Below are positions 37,918 through 51,193 of a stretch of DNA of 64,000 nucleotides, in pieces. Location: assembly GCA_013265495.1 (NCBI GenBank), contig MU058059.1, positions 1,426,001 through 1,490,000 on the forward strand. The letters are read 5' to 3'. The DNA comes from Vicugna vicugna. Taxonomy: Eukaryota. A model generated the notes under the pieces. It ran no database searches. It was not told the DNA's origin and was given only the letters and a program-made list of their open reading frames with translations. Each line of letters starts with the position of its first letter. Positions within the stretch are counted from its first letter, which is position 1. A program made the position numbers and the translations under genes.

Positions 37918-40211
37918 AGTGATGTCACCAAGACGGTGACCTAGGTCCTTGCTGACTCTGCTCCCCTCACAAGTACTAATGATCATTCAAGACCAGGACC
38001 CCCTGAGAGAACCCTCCCCGGGGTGAGGCTGAAGCCCCCTGCACCTCAGACAGACCAAGACAGACACAGGAGAAGGGAGAAGAGGCTGCACCTGACTGTG
38101 GACCACACCCTACCCTGGGCTCCCGGAGCCCCAGGCTCCTCCAGAGGGGAAAGAGGATGCCAGGGCCCCGTCAGCCCCCATCCCCAGCATCGTGGGTCAC
38201 TTTGCGGGAGCCCCTATTCTGACCTTGCCCCACAAGGGCTGCAGGGGCACCTGCGGGGCTCACCGCTGGGGACTGGCTGGTGGAGGCGGGGTGGGGCCTG
38301 CAACGCTGGCACAGGGGCCCCACAGACTGAGTCCACACCTGTATCACCCAAGGAAGTGGTGATCCAGCCAGTGGTTCTGAGCAGCTGCAGACCAAGGTGG
38401 GGTACACTCTGGCCCAGACACTGATGGGGTGCAGGTCTGCCTGAATCAGATCCTGAGATGAGGCAGCTACTGGCCCTCGAGCCTTGGGTGCTGAGTCACA
38501 GCCCAGTCGCTGGGGTCACATGCCTTCCAGACCTACCTGACCAGAAGGGCTGGTGACGTCTCCTGGGAGAAATGGGGCCCAGTGGCTCTGCTCGTCCAGG
38601 GAACTCGGGTCCCGGTCAGCTCGAGGTAAGACAACAAAGAGCTTTACTGGCTTTAGACTGCTGCCCCCACTGCCCCTGGGCAGGGCATCTAACTCACGGT
38701 GCCCCCACCCCATCACTGAACACAGCCTGCCCACCAGGGACCCGCCAGAGCACATAGGGAGCAGGAAGCCCACTCAACAGCCCCGTGTCCATCGGTGCCT
38801 GAACAGACAGCACAGCGTGGAGCTGCCTGTCTGCAGAGGAAAACCAGGGCCCCACCTGCGCACACTCAGGCCTGATGTGGGTCCCTAGACAGGGAGCTGC
38901 ACAGGCCCTGGGTCCCAGGCTACCCTCCTCCAGGGAGGGCACTAACTCACAGCCCATCCACGACGGAATGCACACCCCATCCCCACCATCTACCAGGCCT
39001 GACCAGAGGCCGGGCAACCGTGGAGCCCATCCTCCAGCCTCCCCTGGGCAGGAACCAAGCCAACCGTCCTGTCCAATTGTTCCTGGCCACTGGCCCAGCC
39101 CCCACCCCCATCCTCATCCTCAGAGCTTGAACAGGTGCCTCACCTCAAAATAAACTCTAATAATAGGCCCCACTGCCCAAGGACTTTACTGGCAGACACA
39201 CCGGAAACTCAAGCAGAGCTGACTGGTAAGGAACTTCCTCTGACAAAACAAAGCTGCACAGTCTGAAAGAGGAGCCCCATTACTCAGATGCACATACACC
39301 AACATAAGGAATCCAGGATCATGAAAAACCAGGTAACTGTGACACCCGCAAAGGAAACTGACAAAGCTCCAATGACTGACCCTAAACCAGCAGTGAATTA
39401 TGAACTGTCAGACAAAGAGTTCAGAATAATCCTCTTAAGGAAGTTTAATTAACCACAAGAAAACACAGACAACTAAACGAAATTAGGAAAGCAATGCATG
39501 AACAAAACGAGTTAATCAGGAAACAGCAACCAGCAAAACAACAAAGGCCCTATGGTTCAAAAATACAACAGCTGAACTGAAAAATTTAACATAGAGAGTT
39601 TCAAAAGTAGATTCAACCGTGCAGAGGAAAGAATCAGCAACCTGGAGGACAGGACATGGGAAATCACCCAGTCAGAGGAGCAACACGAGAAAAAAAGGAA
39701 AACAAGAGAAAAAAGCCTACGGGAATTATGGGACACAACGAAAAGAAACAATATTCACATTATGGAAATTCCAGAAAGAGAAGAGAAAGAGGAAGGAACA
39801 GAAAGTATATTTAAAGCAGTAACAGCTGAAAACTTCCCAAATGTGGGGAGAAAAATGGACATTTCAGATCCATGAGGCCCCAAGGATCCCAAATAGGTTG
39901 AACCCAGGCAGGACTACACTGAGACACACCGTAATTAAACTGTCAAAATTCAAAGACAAAGAAAGAATTTTAAGAGCAGCAAGAGAAAGAAGTTACGAAC
40001 AAGGGAACCTTCATAAAACTATCAGTGAATTTCTCAACAGAAACCTTTCAGGCCTGGAGAGAATGGGATGGTTTGTTCAAAATATCACAAGAAAATAACT
40101 GTCGACCAAGAACTCTATACCTGGGAACCTGTCCTTCAGAAACGCAAGAGGGATAAAGACCTTCCCAAACAAGCAAAAGCTGAGGGAGTTCACGACCACC
40201 GGACCCGCCTT
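37918..40211 (+). mobile_element. L1 5' UTR plus decayed ORF1 (antisense to L3MBTL4)
   Basis: Starts gtgatgtcaccaagacggtgac (L1 5'-end-like); GC-rich UTR; ORF1 landmarks gaactgtcagacaaagagttcagaata, gcagaggaaagaatcagcaacctggaggacagg, IHEAPRIPNRLNPGRTTLRHTVIKLSKFKDKERILRAARE. Confidence 0.88.
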
Positions 40212-40325
40212 CAGGCTGTTCTGACCTTCTCTCCAGACCACCCAAACTTTCTCCCTATCAGCAAGAAGGCTGCTCCACTTTCCTACCATTTGTGTTCACT
40301 GGAGTAGCCCTGAATTTGCTTCTAG
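40212..40325 (-). mobile_element. Short inverted Tigger1 internal fragment
   Basis: Reverse complement (gctactccagtgaacacaaatggtaggaaag...cttgctgatagggagaaagtttgggtggtctggagagaag) aligns to 41063-41166 of this window. Confidence 0.8.
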
Positions 40326-40489
40326 AAATGAGATCTCAGCTCATACCTGCTGAATGGCCACCATCTAAAAGACGAGATGAGTGCTAGTGAGGGTGTAGAG
40401 GAAGGGAGCCCTTGTGCACAGCCGGTGAGGCTGTAAACTGATGCAGCCACTATGGGAAACAGTACGGAGGATTCTCGAAAAATTAAAAA
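40326..40489 (+). mobile_element. L1 ORF2 C-terminal fragment
   Basis: aatgagatctcagctcatacctg...gagggtgtagaggaagggagccc...gtaaactgatgcagccactatgggaaacagtacggagg...aaaaattaaaaa. Confidence 0.85.
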
Positions 40490-42578
40490 CAGGCGTATCC
40501 GGTTGTCTTCACTTTGCTTTATTGTGCTTTTTTTTTTTCAAACAAATTGAAGGTTTGTGGCAACCCTGAGTGGAGCAAGTCTATTGGTGCCATTTTTCCA
40601 ACAGCATTTGCTCATTTCATGTCTCCGTGTTTTCGTAATTCTCACAATATTTCAAACTTCTCCATTACTATTATATTTGTTATGACAATCTGTGATCAGC
40701 AATCTTTGATATTATTATTGTAATGGTTCTGGGAAGCCGTGAACCACACCCGTATGCGGTACCACACTTCACCGACAAATTCTGTGTTCCGACGGCTCCA
40801 CCGACTGGTCCTTCCCCATCTCTCTCCCTCTCCGAGGGCCTCCCTATTCTCTGAGATACAATACTGAAATTAGGCCTGTTAATAACCCTACAATGGCCTC
40901 TAAGTGTTCAAGTGAAAGGAAGAGTCGCACATCTTTTGCTTTAAATCAAAAGCTAGAGCTGATTAAGCTTAGTGAGGCAGTCACATGGAAAGCCAAGACA
41001 GGCTGAAAGCTAGGCCTCTTCTACCAAAAGGTTAACTAAGTTGTGAACGCACAGGAAAAGGTCTTGAAGGAAGTTAAAGGTGCGGCTCCAGTGAACACAC
41101 GAATTATAAGCAGGCAAAACCGCTTTATTGCTGATACGGAGAAAGTCCTGGTGGTCGGGACAGAAGCCAAAGCCTAAGCCAGAGCAAGGCCGTAACTCTC
41201 TCCAGTTCTGTGAGGGCAGAGAGAGGTGAGGAAGCTGCAGAAGGGAAGTCTGAAGCTAGACGCTGGCTCCCCAGGTTTAAGGAAAGAAGCGCCCCCGTAA
41301 CGCGCCGGCGCCGGTGAGGCAGCAAGGGCTGAGGCAGGAGCAGCGGCGGGGCACCCAGAAGCTCCAGCTCAGACGGCTCCTGAGGGAGGCCACCCCAGAC
41401 AACGGGGCTCAGTGCGGACGAAGAGCCTCCACTGGGAGAAGACGCCGTCTGGGACTTCCACAGCCAGAGAGGAGAAGTCAGCGCCAGGCCTCAGAGCTCC
41501 CAAGGACAGGCTGACTCTCGTCAGGGGCTAAAGCAGCTGGTGTCTTTAAGCTGAAGCCAGTGCCCACTTTCCATTCAAAAACCCTAGGGCCCTTTAGCAT
41601 TTTGCTGAATCTATTCTTCCTTTGCCCTGAAAATGGAACAACAATGCCTAGATGACAGCATATCTGTTTCCAACATCATCTACTGAATATTTGAAGCCCA
41701 CTGTTGAGAACTACTGTTCCTTTTAAAACATCACTGCTCACTGCTTGATGCACCTTGTCACCCACGAGTCCTGAGGGAGAGGCACTGTGAGATTCATGCT
41801 GCTTTCAGACCTGCAAACACAGCATCCACTCTGCAGCCCATGGATCAAGGAGTCATTCCAACTTTCAAGTCTTACTGTTAAAGAAACACATTTCATAAGA
41901 CTATCGCTCCAATAGAAGCTGATTCCTCTGAGGCATCTGGGCAAAGTCAAATGAAAACCTTCTGGAGTGGGTCTCGGATTACAGATGCCTTTAAGAACAT
42001 TCATGATTCATGGGAAGAGGTCAAAATATCAGTGTTACCAGGAGTTTGTAAGAAGTTGATTCCACCCCTCCTGGATGACTTTGAGGGGTTCAAGACATCA
42101 GCGGAGGAAGTCACTGCCGATGTGGTAGGAACAGCAAGAGAACCTGCATTAGAAGAGAAGCACGAGGTGTGACTGAATGGCTGCAACCTCACAATAAAAC
42201 TGAGGGATGGGGAGTTGCTCCTTACACATAAGCAGAGAAAGTGGTTTCTCGATATGGCATCTACTCCTGGTGAAGATGCTGTGAAGACTGCTGAGATGAC
42301 AACAAAGGATTCAGAACACAACCTCAGTTGACAAAGCAGAGGCAGGGTTAGAGAGAACTGACTCCCATTCTGAAAGAAGTTCTACTGTGGGTAAAGTGTT
42401 ATCAAACAGCATCGCATGCTACAGAAAAACTGTTGGTGAAAGAGTCATTCGATGCAGTGAACTTCACTGCTGTCTTATTTTAAGAAATCGCCACAGCCAC
42501 TCCCATCATCAGCAACCACCACCCTGATCAGCCAGTAACCGTCAACACCAAGGCAGGACCCTCCACCAGCAGAAAGGT
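40490..42578 (+). mobile_element. Tigger1 (TcMar/pogo) DNA transposon; decayed transposase; 3' end missing
   Basis: Left end caggcgtatcc; acaaattgaaggtttgtggcaaccctg; transposase start ATGGCCTCTAAGTGTTCAAGTGAAAGGAAGAG at 40893 (MASKCSSERKS); ctgcagcccatggatcaaggagtcat (LQPMDQGVI); KTFWSG..ITDAFKNIHDSWEEVKIS; frameshifted; right terminal repeat not seen. Confidence 0.93.
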
Positions 42579-43777
42579 CCGCACGTCGCATACGATATAC
42601 CCCAGACCAGGCCCCCTCAACCCGAGGGACTTTTCAGACTCTGTGAACCACACTGTGCCCTGCTTTATCATTTCAGACCTGAAGTTCTGAACAGTTGAGT
42701 TTACTTTAATTTTTTTAAGAACCCTTTACTCCGAGAATTTATATGAATGGTCTTCCATATGTGTGTGCTAGTATATTTTTATTCTCAACTCTTCTGGTAA
42801 AAATCCATCACAAGAAAGCAGATCAGGCTATTTAAATATGGAAAGAAGCCCTGGTTTCATCTAGCTAGGTGACTTCTTCAGACCTTAAATTTCTCTCTAG
42901 CATGGCCCCATTTTTACCTACAAAAATGTCTTTTTCAGAGCCCCAGGACTAGAAGCCCCCAGGGACGCTGCTGCGCCTGGCCCCGCCCTGTGCACTTGTC
43001 CCCACGCAGAGCCCAGGCTGAGAACCCGCCGACAGGGGGAGCCCTCGCTTGGCAGTAAGAATGTCTAGTTTAGGAAGCTGCACAATAGTTATGAGTGATT
43101 TTCTGAACTAAAATTACAAATGTCAGGGGGTGAAGAATGAATAAACTGTCATTCTTAAGGAGAGAACTGCGTCAGTCAGTCCTGTGACTCGGGCCGCAGA
43201 GCAACACCTTTCCAATCCCATCAACCACGAACACAGCCCTTTACACTCGTATTCCGACTGCATTTCAAAAGTCACGCTGCACACGGCTCCGTTGGGCAGC
43301 TATCTTAGAATACATGAGAAAAACCAATGTCAGTAGCAACCAGCCCATTTTATTACACACAGATATAAATAACGCCTTTCTTTGCGGCACCAACTGGAGA
43401 TGATAAAACTTTCTTACCGTTAAGACTTATCACCACGAGGTAATAACCCGAAACAGGAGCTCCATGAATGTAACTGCAGCTCCAGACTGACATTCCACCT
43501 GCCACATCACTGCAGCAAGGCCGGAAACACTTCATTTGCACATTTAGGCTGTGTCTCATTTCAGGACAAGTGAATTTGAAAATCAGTTATCGCTCCCTCC
43601 CCGGCGCAGAGCAGGTGTAGAGACATCGCACAGGAAACTCTCCTCTTGTCCTCACGTGCCAAGAGTGGGGGAGACACGTGCAGACAGACAGACATTACTC
43701 CAATCTGACATCTGGAGGGACTCAGTGTTTTGGGGAATACATAGGCACCGGTTAAGAAACCCAAACCATATGTCTGG

Positions 43778-43962
43778 GAACAAAGTGTGGTACCCAGACC
43801 TGCAGCATCAGTATCACCTGGGATATCATTAGAAATACAAATTTGGGGCAGCAATTAAAATTTGGGGGTATCTACTGAATCAGGAACTCTGGGGGTAGGG
43901 CCCAACAAGCTGTCATCACAGGCCCTTCAGGTGACTCTGACACAGCTACTGTTTGAGACCTC
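43778..43962. mobile_element. MER5A-like hAT MITE
   Basis: caaagtgtggtacccagacctgcagcatcagtatcacctggga...ctactgaatcaggaactctgggggtagggccca...caggtgactctga...gtttgagacc. Confidence 0.8.
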
Positions 43963-44139
43963 CTGCCCCAGAGTGAGGACCAGACTCCGGCCACAGATGG
44001 CCCTAAAGACAGGGCAGGATGACAATGTTCTGACCACAGCCTTCCAAGCGTCTCCATCCTCCCCTGACGTGAATTTTACAGGACAGCCCATTACCCGAGG
44101 AAGCCCTGAGTGATCTCTCTTTCTCACAAAACAAGTATC

Positions 44140-45900
44140 TAATTAGAACACCACGGGAAGAATTCTAGTCTTGTCTACAGACGTGCTGTGAAACCAGTGG
44201 AAGTTTTTCAGTAAAGAAATGCCATGGGAAGTTTTAGACTTGTTTCTTCTCTGCCCTGCCCGTTGCTGGTTTTGCGGCAGCTGAGATTTCTTTTTTAAAG
44301 ACACCGTGGGCTGCAGTTTTAGAGACGATGGAACAGAACAAGGAGGGAGATAACAGAGCAGAAAGGAGGCTGTTGCAACAAGCAGGCAGGAGACGGTGAA
44401 GTCTGGATCTGAGACAGCTGCCGCGAGGACTGAGGGGAGCAGAAGGACCTGGGGAGGCGTCTGAGTGGGGCTGGACACACTGGACGTCGGTGGGAAGGGA
44501 GAGAGGACCTGGATGTGGACGTTTCCAGCTCGGGAGGCTGAGCTTATGACTATGCCAGCACAGGCTTAGTATGTGCAGGATGAACACATTCACAGAGAGG
44601 CTAAATCTCCGAAATGCAAAGGACTCTAAAGGATATGCAGGATGATCTAGGAGGCATTAAAAACAGATTTTTCAGGAGAAAGATCCGGACTGGGAACTTG
44701 GATTTGGTGGCCATTAGCATTCAGGGGGGCTGAGAACCTCAGGGAGGGCATGCAGAGCACAGAGCAGGCAGGGCCAAGAACGGAATTCTAGGGAACACAG
44801 TATTTCAGACGTGGACGGAAGGAAGCCAAGCAGTGAAGGACAGTGAGAAGGGGCAACCAGAGAACAGGACAGAGGAGGGAGGGCATTCTTTCAAGGAGAG
44901 AGGAGGAGTCCCTACCAAACTTGACCAAAACGTAAAACAACATGAGGACTCAACAAAGCCGCTAATTACAGTAACTGGAGAGACGCTGGACACAGAGGTT
45001 GACTAAGATATAGGAGAAGGCAGGGACCTGAAGCTGGAGGAAGAGATGCAACCAAAGCCAGGTGGTGGGATAAGTCTCAGGGTGGTTTCTGTAAGGAAAC
45101 AAGGAGAGGGTGTGGTCCGAGGACGCCTGGAGGTGCACAGGGAGCGGCTGGAGGCAGAGCCTGTGGTCTGCATATGGAAACGTGTACAGCAAACAGTAAC
45201 CTGCAGAGTGACCAGCTCAATGAGCTGTGAGATTACGGTGACTAAACAGAGGAAACCAACGCGAACATGGTCAATAACAGTGTCACCACTTTGTACCTGG
45301 ACAGGTACTGGATTTACTGTGGTGATCATTTCACAAGGTACACGAACGTCAAACCGCTACGCAGTTCACCTGAAATGAGCGTAATACTGTACTTCTACTG
45401 TATTTCAGTAAAACAAAACAAACAAACAAAACAATGCAAGCCAGGTGTGCCCACTGATTCAACAAACAGGGTCTTCTGTGGCACAGACTCTGTGTTAGGT
45501 GCTCATGAGTCAAAGCTGAGTAAGATACAGTTGGGTTTTTTTCCCTTCAGGAGCTTACAGCTTAGTGGGGAACCAGGTAACCATCACACAAGGAAAATCT
45601 AACTGCAGAGACAGGCGCTAAGAGCCATGAGAACACAGCAGACAGAACAGTCAATACTGTCTTCAGCGCATTAATCATTGTTTTCATTTTTCATTCAACA
45701 AGTATTAACCAAATGCTTACGATATGCTAGAAGCTTATAATACAGTACAAAACAAATCCCTACCTTTACCCACCATGAATGCTAGCACGTGACGACAGAG
45801 ATAAATAAGTAGAGTACGTAGCATGTCAGATGGCAATAAGCTTTACAGAGAAAGTAAAGCAGAAATGGGGGCTAGGCAACACGAGCAGGAGGGGCTCTGA
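44140..45900 (-). mobile_element. LINE-2 fragments (interrupted by the L1 end at 45245-45435)
   Basis: ccagtggaagtttttcagta...gccatgggaagttttagacttg; gggactgggaacttggatttgg-like segments; ttcattcaacaagtattaaccaaatgcttac. Confidence 0.55.
45245..45435 (+). mobile_element. Short L1 3' end (L1MA-like) with decayed (caaa)n tail
   Basis: ttactgtggtgatcatttcacaaggtacacgaacgtcaaaccgctacgcagttcacctgaaatgagcgtaatactgt...aaaacaaaacaaacaaacaaaac. Confidence 0.75.
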
Positions 45901-47786
45901 GACTGTAAGACAAGCTGACGTCTCACCAGGAAGAAGACAATGGAGTGGCGTCTTCAATGCAATGAAAGCCATGAAACTGTCAGGGAAGAATTAAACATCC
46001 AACGAACACATCCTCCAAAAGGAGTGAAATTATGAAATTTTTTAATACATTAAAACTGAGTTTGATGTGTCCAACTTTCTCTTGTAAAATACAGTTCATA
46101 TTCTTGACTGAGTCCTTCCTCACTCCTAAAGAATTCATTTTGTCTCCTAGAGATAAATTTTTTTTAAAAGCCTTTATCAGAGTCAGTCTTCAATCTATTA
46201 GGAGTTAATTTTCAAACGAAGAGACGGTCAGCTTGGCAAGCATAACCTATCATATAATCTAAGCTTTATCCCCCTAAACTGACTTACCATCTGTACCGTG
46301 TGCATCAGCCTGTGTGTAACAGATCACATTCTCACATCTCTTTCTGGTTTCTCTCTTCTGTTCCACAGTTCTTAGTCTAGACCACCAGAATGTCTGGGAT
46401 TTCAGTATGAACTAACTGTATCCAATTTAAACTTTAAAAGTGCAAAATGAGAATCACAGCTGAGACACAGAGGAATCTCAACCTTCCCAGTGGAACGTAG
46501 ACAGGAAGACACTGAGAAACTCCAGGACAGACTGACGCATCAGGACACAAGGGAAGAGCAAGAGGAGGGGAGGAGAGAAAGAGTCAACACCTCAATCCAA
46601 GAGACGGAATCCGATGGGAGACCAGGAACACAGGGACAGGGACAAGAAGAAATCAAACCGATGAAGGGGCACTTGCCCCAGGGCTGGAACGTGGATCAGG
46701 GTTCCTGAGTGAGCGCAGTTCCGTCACTGGAGGAGAAAAAAGAACTAAGAAACCCCGAAGTTCTTAACGGGAAGTCTCAGGTGATGGTGAAGCAAGGAGC
46801 ACATTTACAGGAGGGGACATTCGTGTGCAGATCTCCCCGTGTTAATTGATTTCCCCCTTGACATGAGGCAGATGTGGGCAGGCAGGTCTACAACGGTAAC
46901 TTTCATCACCCAGACTCCTTAAAGAAGACCCGCATAATTACGGGTTGATGTTAAAATACTCCCTTCGGAATACCACGCTGTAAGTCATCAAATTAACGTC
47001 CGTCTATGTTAGACGGCAGTATCCTCCTCATAAAGTGATTAACTACATGTTTCCCTTGACCTGTTCTCCCTGTATCCTAGAGACATCTAACGGAGTCCGC
47101 TGAACACAACAGAGCTGCAGTTGTTAACACTTCTTTCATTAATTTAACTCTGTCAATCAGAATTTAGACTTTCTTCTATTCAAGATACCCCCTGCTGGGC
47201 TTCAATTAATGGACATTCTTAGAATATTATTCAAGACTGTTTTTTTCTCTCGACACTGAAAGTCTCTAAAATGAATTATTTCCCAAATCATATCTTAACT
47301 TCACAGCTTGCCAGCCTTTCAAAACACTAATCATCGTCAGTGAATGTAAGTTGAAAACCCATGAAGGAACACTGGATTTCAGTTCTCCTAGCAGGCCATT
47401 TGGGCCAAAAGACAGAACTTTTATTAGTTGAAAGACAAACTAGCACTGTTTAAAGGAAAGGTTTTAATGTAAAAACATCTAGAACAGCTTCAGGAATTAA
47501 ATTCCTGAAAAGCACATTCATTCAAAGCAGCAGCGAAGATCTCATTCGCTGCCACCAGCCTCTTCTCCTCTGGGCTCTTCAGGACTGTTTGGGGATGACA
47601 GCCCTTGGTCTGGACCTGAATTATGTTGTGTAAAAATGCAACAAGAAAGTGCCAGAACTGTAGACCTCATGACTAAAAGTCCCTAAACTGAAGGCACTCA
47701 ATAAAGGCACTGTTCCCTTAGAAACAGGCACAAAATAATTTCCATTTCCTGCAAGGAAGCCCAGAGTGACTCTGCAACTGAGAACT

Positions 47787-48248
47787 TGTGGAGGCAGAGC
47801 AGCAGCCCCCTAAAGACGTCCACACCCTAATCCCCAGAAACTGCACGCCACGTTCCACGGAAGAAGTGCTTCTGCTGACGTGATTAAGTTAAGGTTCTTG
47901 AGATGGGGAGATTATCTTGGACCATCCACGTGGGTCCAGTATAATCACAGGGGTCCCTAAAAGTGGAGAATCTTTCCCAGCTGTGGTCAGAGGAAGATGT
48001 GACTATGACAGAAAAGTCAGAGAGACGCTCCCTTTCTGGTTTGAAGACAGAGGACAGGGCCATGAGCCAAGCAGTGCAGGTGCCCCTAGAAACTGGAAAA
48101 GGCACAGAAGCAGAGCCTCCCCAAGAGCCTTGGGAAGGAACGAAGGGCCACAGCTTCGCCCACTGCCTTTAGACTCCTAACCTGAAGAACCAAACGAACA
48201 ATCTTCTGCTGCTGGAGCTGCTAAGTCACGGTTATGGGAAGAGATACC
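47787..48248 (+). mobile_element. MaLR solo LTR (MLT1C/D-like)
   Basis: tgtggaggcagag...ccccctaaagacgtccacaccctaatccccagaaac...gtgattaagttaaggttcttgagatggggagattatcttgga...ctagaaactggaaaaggca. Confidence 0.85.
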
Positions 48249-50532
48249 GAGCTGGGCGGTGGGAGTAGTAAGTACTGTGTAATAACAAGTACAGTAAACG
48301 GCTCAGACGCACCACCAAAAAGTCTCTAAATGCTCAACAACTGTGAAAATGGATCAAATAATCATACTTAATTAAATACACAAAAAATAAGGAATTCACA
48401 AGTAATAAATGAGATTAGGACCACGAGTATCACATGGTAGGTATTGTATTCTCTGATTTGAACAAAGGTTCACTGCATAAAATACAGACATTATAAAAAA
48501 AAACTTTGAAAATGCATCTAGAGTTAATGTTTCCTCTCTCTTTAGGCTTATGTTCAGGGATCTGATTTGTATTAGCACGTGCTGTCTAGAAAAACATTTC
48601 ACCATCCTAGCATTTTTGTGCAGAAAGTTTATAATGCTAACTTTCCAAAATAATTTTAAATATAGTCATAAAGTGTCAGAGCTGGGACGTATCCAATAAA
48701 TCAGCTAATCATTTTAAATATGAAAGAAGTGATTTCCCTAAAGAAGGTTTAGTTTTGGCATAAATGTCTTACTTTGTGGAGCCATCACGTTGATAAGCCA
48801 TAAATGTGCACTAATTTAAATAACTGGTTCTAATTCCCAAGCATCCCTTCCACGCTTTAAAAATCATCAATAAAATATAGCTTCCTTGTCAAATTAAATC
48901 CTGAATTATTGAATTCAGATTTGCCATCCATAAAAAATTAATTATGCTAACAACGATCAGAGAAAAAGAATTCCTCCCAAGGTCCTGAGTGCTGTGACGA
49001 CAACTACAGATAATTAAAAGCACAAAGAAAACAGCAAACCACAGGCTTATCTTGGGAGAATACCATCCAACACTCAAGAAAATCAAAATAGTAGTGTCAT
49101 AAACATCTAAAACCTGGCTTTATACAGCTTTATGGTTAATTGGAAAAAAAGGTTTCTACTCTAGAATCTCCATCACAGAGGCAGATCCCTTGCAGGCAGA
49201 ACGGACGGGTACAGAGTGCTGGGGGGCCCCAGGGGACACAAAGAGAACCATCTTAGGCCTGTCCCTGGAGCCCACCGGCCTGCGCTCCCTCCAGGTCCTG
49301 GGGCTCCATCTTCGTCCCGCACAGGACTCTCCTCTCTGCACCAGGCGGGGCGGGGGTCTGTCTCCTCAGCCTTCTGCTCAATCTGCTCCCCCAGAGAGGT
49401 CTCCCTGGGTCACAGGCTCACCTACTGCCTACACACCTGATGCCCCCTCCCACCCCTCCCACCAGCTTCCTACCCAGACCCTTTGAATGCTCCACAGACC
49501 CTCAGTCTTCAGACAAAGACCCAGCACTGCCCCTCCAGTGCAGTCCCACATTCCCGAGGCCAGTGACTGGCACCCACACTAGACCCAGTGACACCTGCTC
49601 CAGCCCCTGAAGTTGGCCCTTCACCAGACCCGGGGGCCCCTCCCTCCTAGCATGTGCAGAACCTGGAACAGTCAAGCAGCCGTCTCCTCGGCCCTCCGCC
49701 ATCCCCTGCCCTCCCCACCCTGCTCCAGGGGTAGCCCAGAGTCCTCTCCCCACAGGAGAGGCCACCACCGTCCTGCCCAAAGCCTCAAAGTCTATTAACT
49801 TTGCTTCGATGTCCAGGCAGCTCAGCACAGCAGACACGGCCCCACCAGCCTGCAGCCTCACCAGCCACCTTCTCTAATCATCTCTGCAGTCAACACGCGC
49901 AGGGGACCCACTCTGGGCTGGGCCCCATGGCCACAGCAGCAGACAGAAGCAGGCATGAGGCCTCACTCGCAGACTGCCAAGTCTAGTGGGGAAGAATCAA
50001 ATAATCCAAAATATACTTATAGACTACACTCTGCTTTCATAGAATTTAGGGCCTCATTTAGGGCCTTGAGAGTGCAGAGCAGACAGCCCAGCCTCGTCTG
50101 GGACATCAGAGAAAGGATTCCTAACAGGGGCTCCAGGGTCAGTGGGTCTGAGCAGCACACACACAACCGAGTCAGACACACAGGAGGCAGACAGAGCAGG
50201 TGCGGGGACCCGGGGCGGCACCTGAAACAGGGCCAGCCCGTCAGAGCACGAGGGCTGAGCTGGCGCAGGGAGGGATGAGGCGGAGGGGAAGGAAGGGCAA
50301 GCCCTTCAGTGAGATGAAAGTTTAGTACGATGTCTGCTTTCATGGACTATTAAAGCATTCATGGAATTAAAGAATTTTTTTCAGTACATAAAACTGGCAA
50401 AGTTTATTACCAAGAAACTAACAGATTTCTGAAAAATGGTTTTGGTTTTGTAAGACTGAAAGATGGGAATCCATGACAGGAGGTGTAACACAAGGATAAT
50501 TAAGATATTAAATACCAACTGAATTAAAAGAC

Positions 50533-51193
50533 CACACACAAAAATAAACTCAGAATGGTTTAAAGACTAAATATAAGACATGACACCACAAAACTCCTAG
50601 AAGAGAACAAAGCAAAACATTCTCAGACATAAATCTTCATACTATTTTCTTAGATCAGTCCCAAGGCAATCTCCTCCCAAGGCAGAAGAAAAAAGCAACA
50701 ATAAACAAGTGGGACCTAATCAAACTTAAAAGCTCTTACACAGCAAAGGGAACTATAAATTAAATGAAAAGACAACTTATGGAATGGGAGAAAAGTATCT
50801 GCAAACAGTGCAGCTGACGAGGGGTTAATATCCAAAATATATACACAGCCCGTACAATTCAATACCAAAGAAACAAACAATCCAATCAAAAAATAGACAG
50901 AAGAGCTAAATAGACATTTCTCCAAAGAAGACACACAGATGGCCAACAGGCACATGAAACGATGCTCAACTTCACTAATTATCAGAGAAACGCAAATCGA
51001 AAGCACAATGAGGGATCAGCTCACAGCGGTCAGAACGGCCATCATCAAAAAGTCGACAAATGACAAATGCTGGAGAGGCTGTGGAGAAAAGGGGACGTCC
51101 TACACTGCTGGTGGGAATGTAAACTGGTGCAGCCACTATGGAAAGCAGGATAGAGGTTCCTTAAAAAACTAAAAATGGAGCTACCAAATGATA
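50533..51193 (+). mobile_element. Relatively young L1 ORF2 C-terminal fragment
   Basis: ORF 50939..51172 [68 protein letters not shown] is the L1 ORF2 Cys-rich region. Confidence 0.93.

Noticed and set aside
40893..42480. Possible domesticated TIGD1-like transposase gene
   Set aside because: Multiple frameshifts, stops and deletions; only short ORF pieces such as 41951..42172 remain
46283..46380. Candidate for the missing second coding exon (strong minus-strand GTAAGT donor near 46287)
   Set aside because: No similarity to L3MBTL4; the true 55-nt exon was found at 53280-53334 and completes the frame
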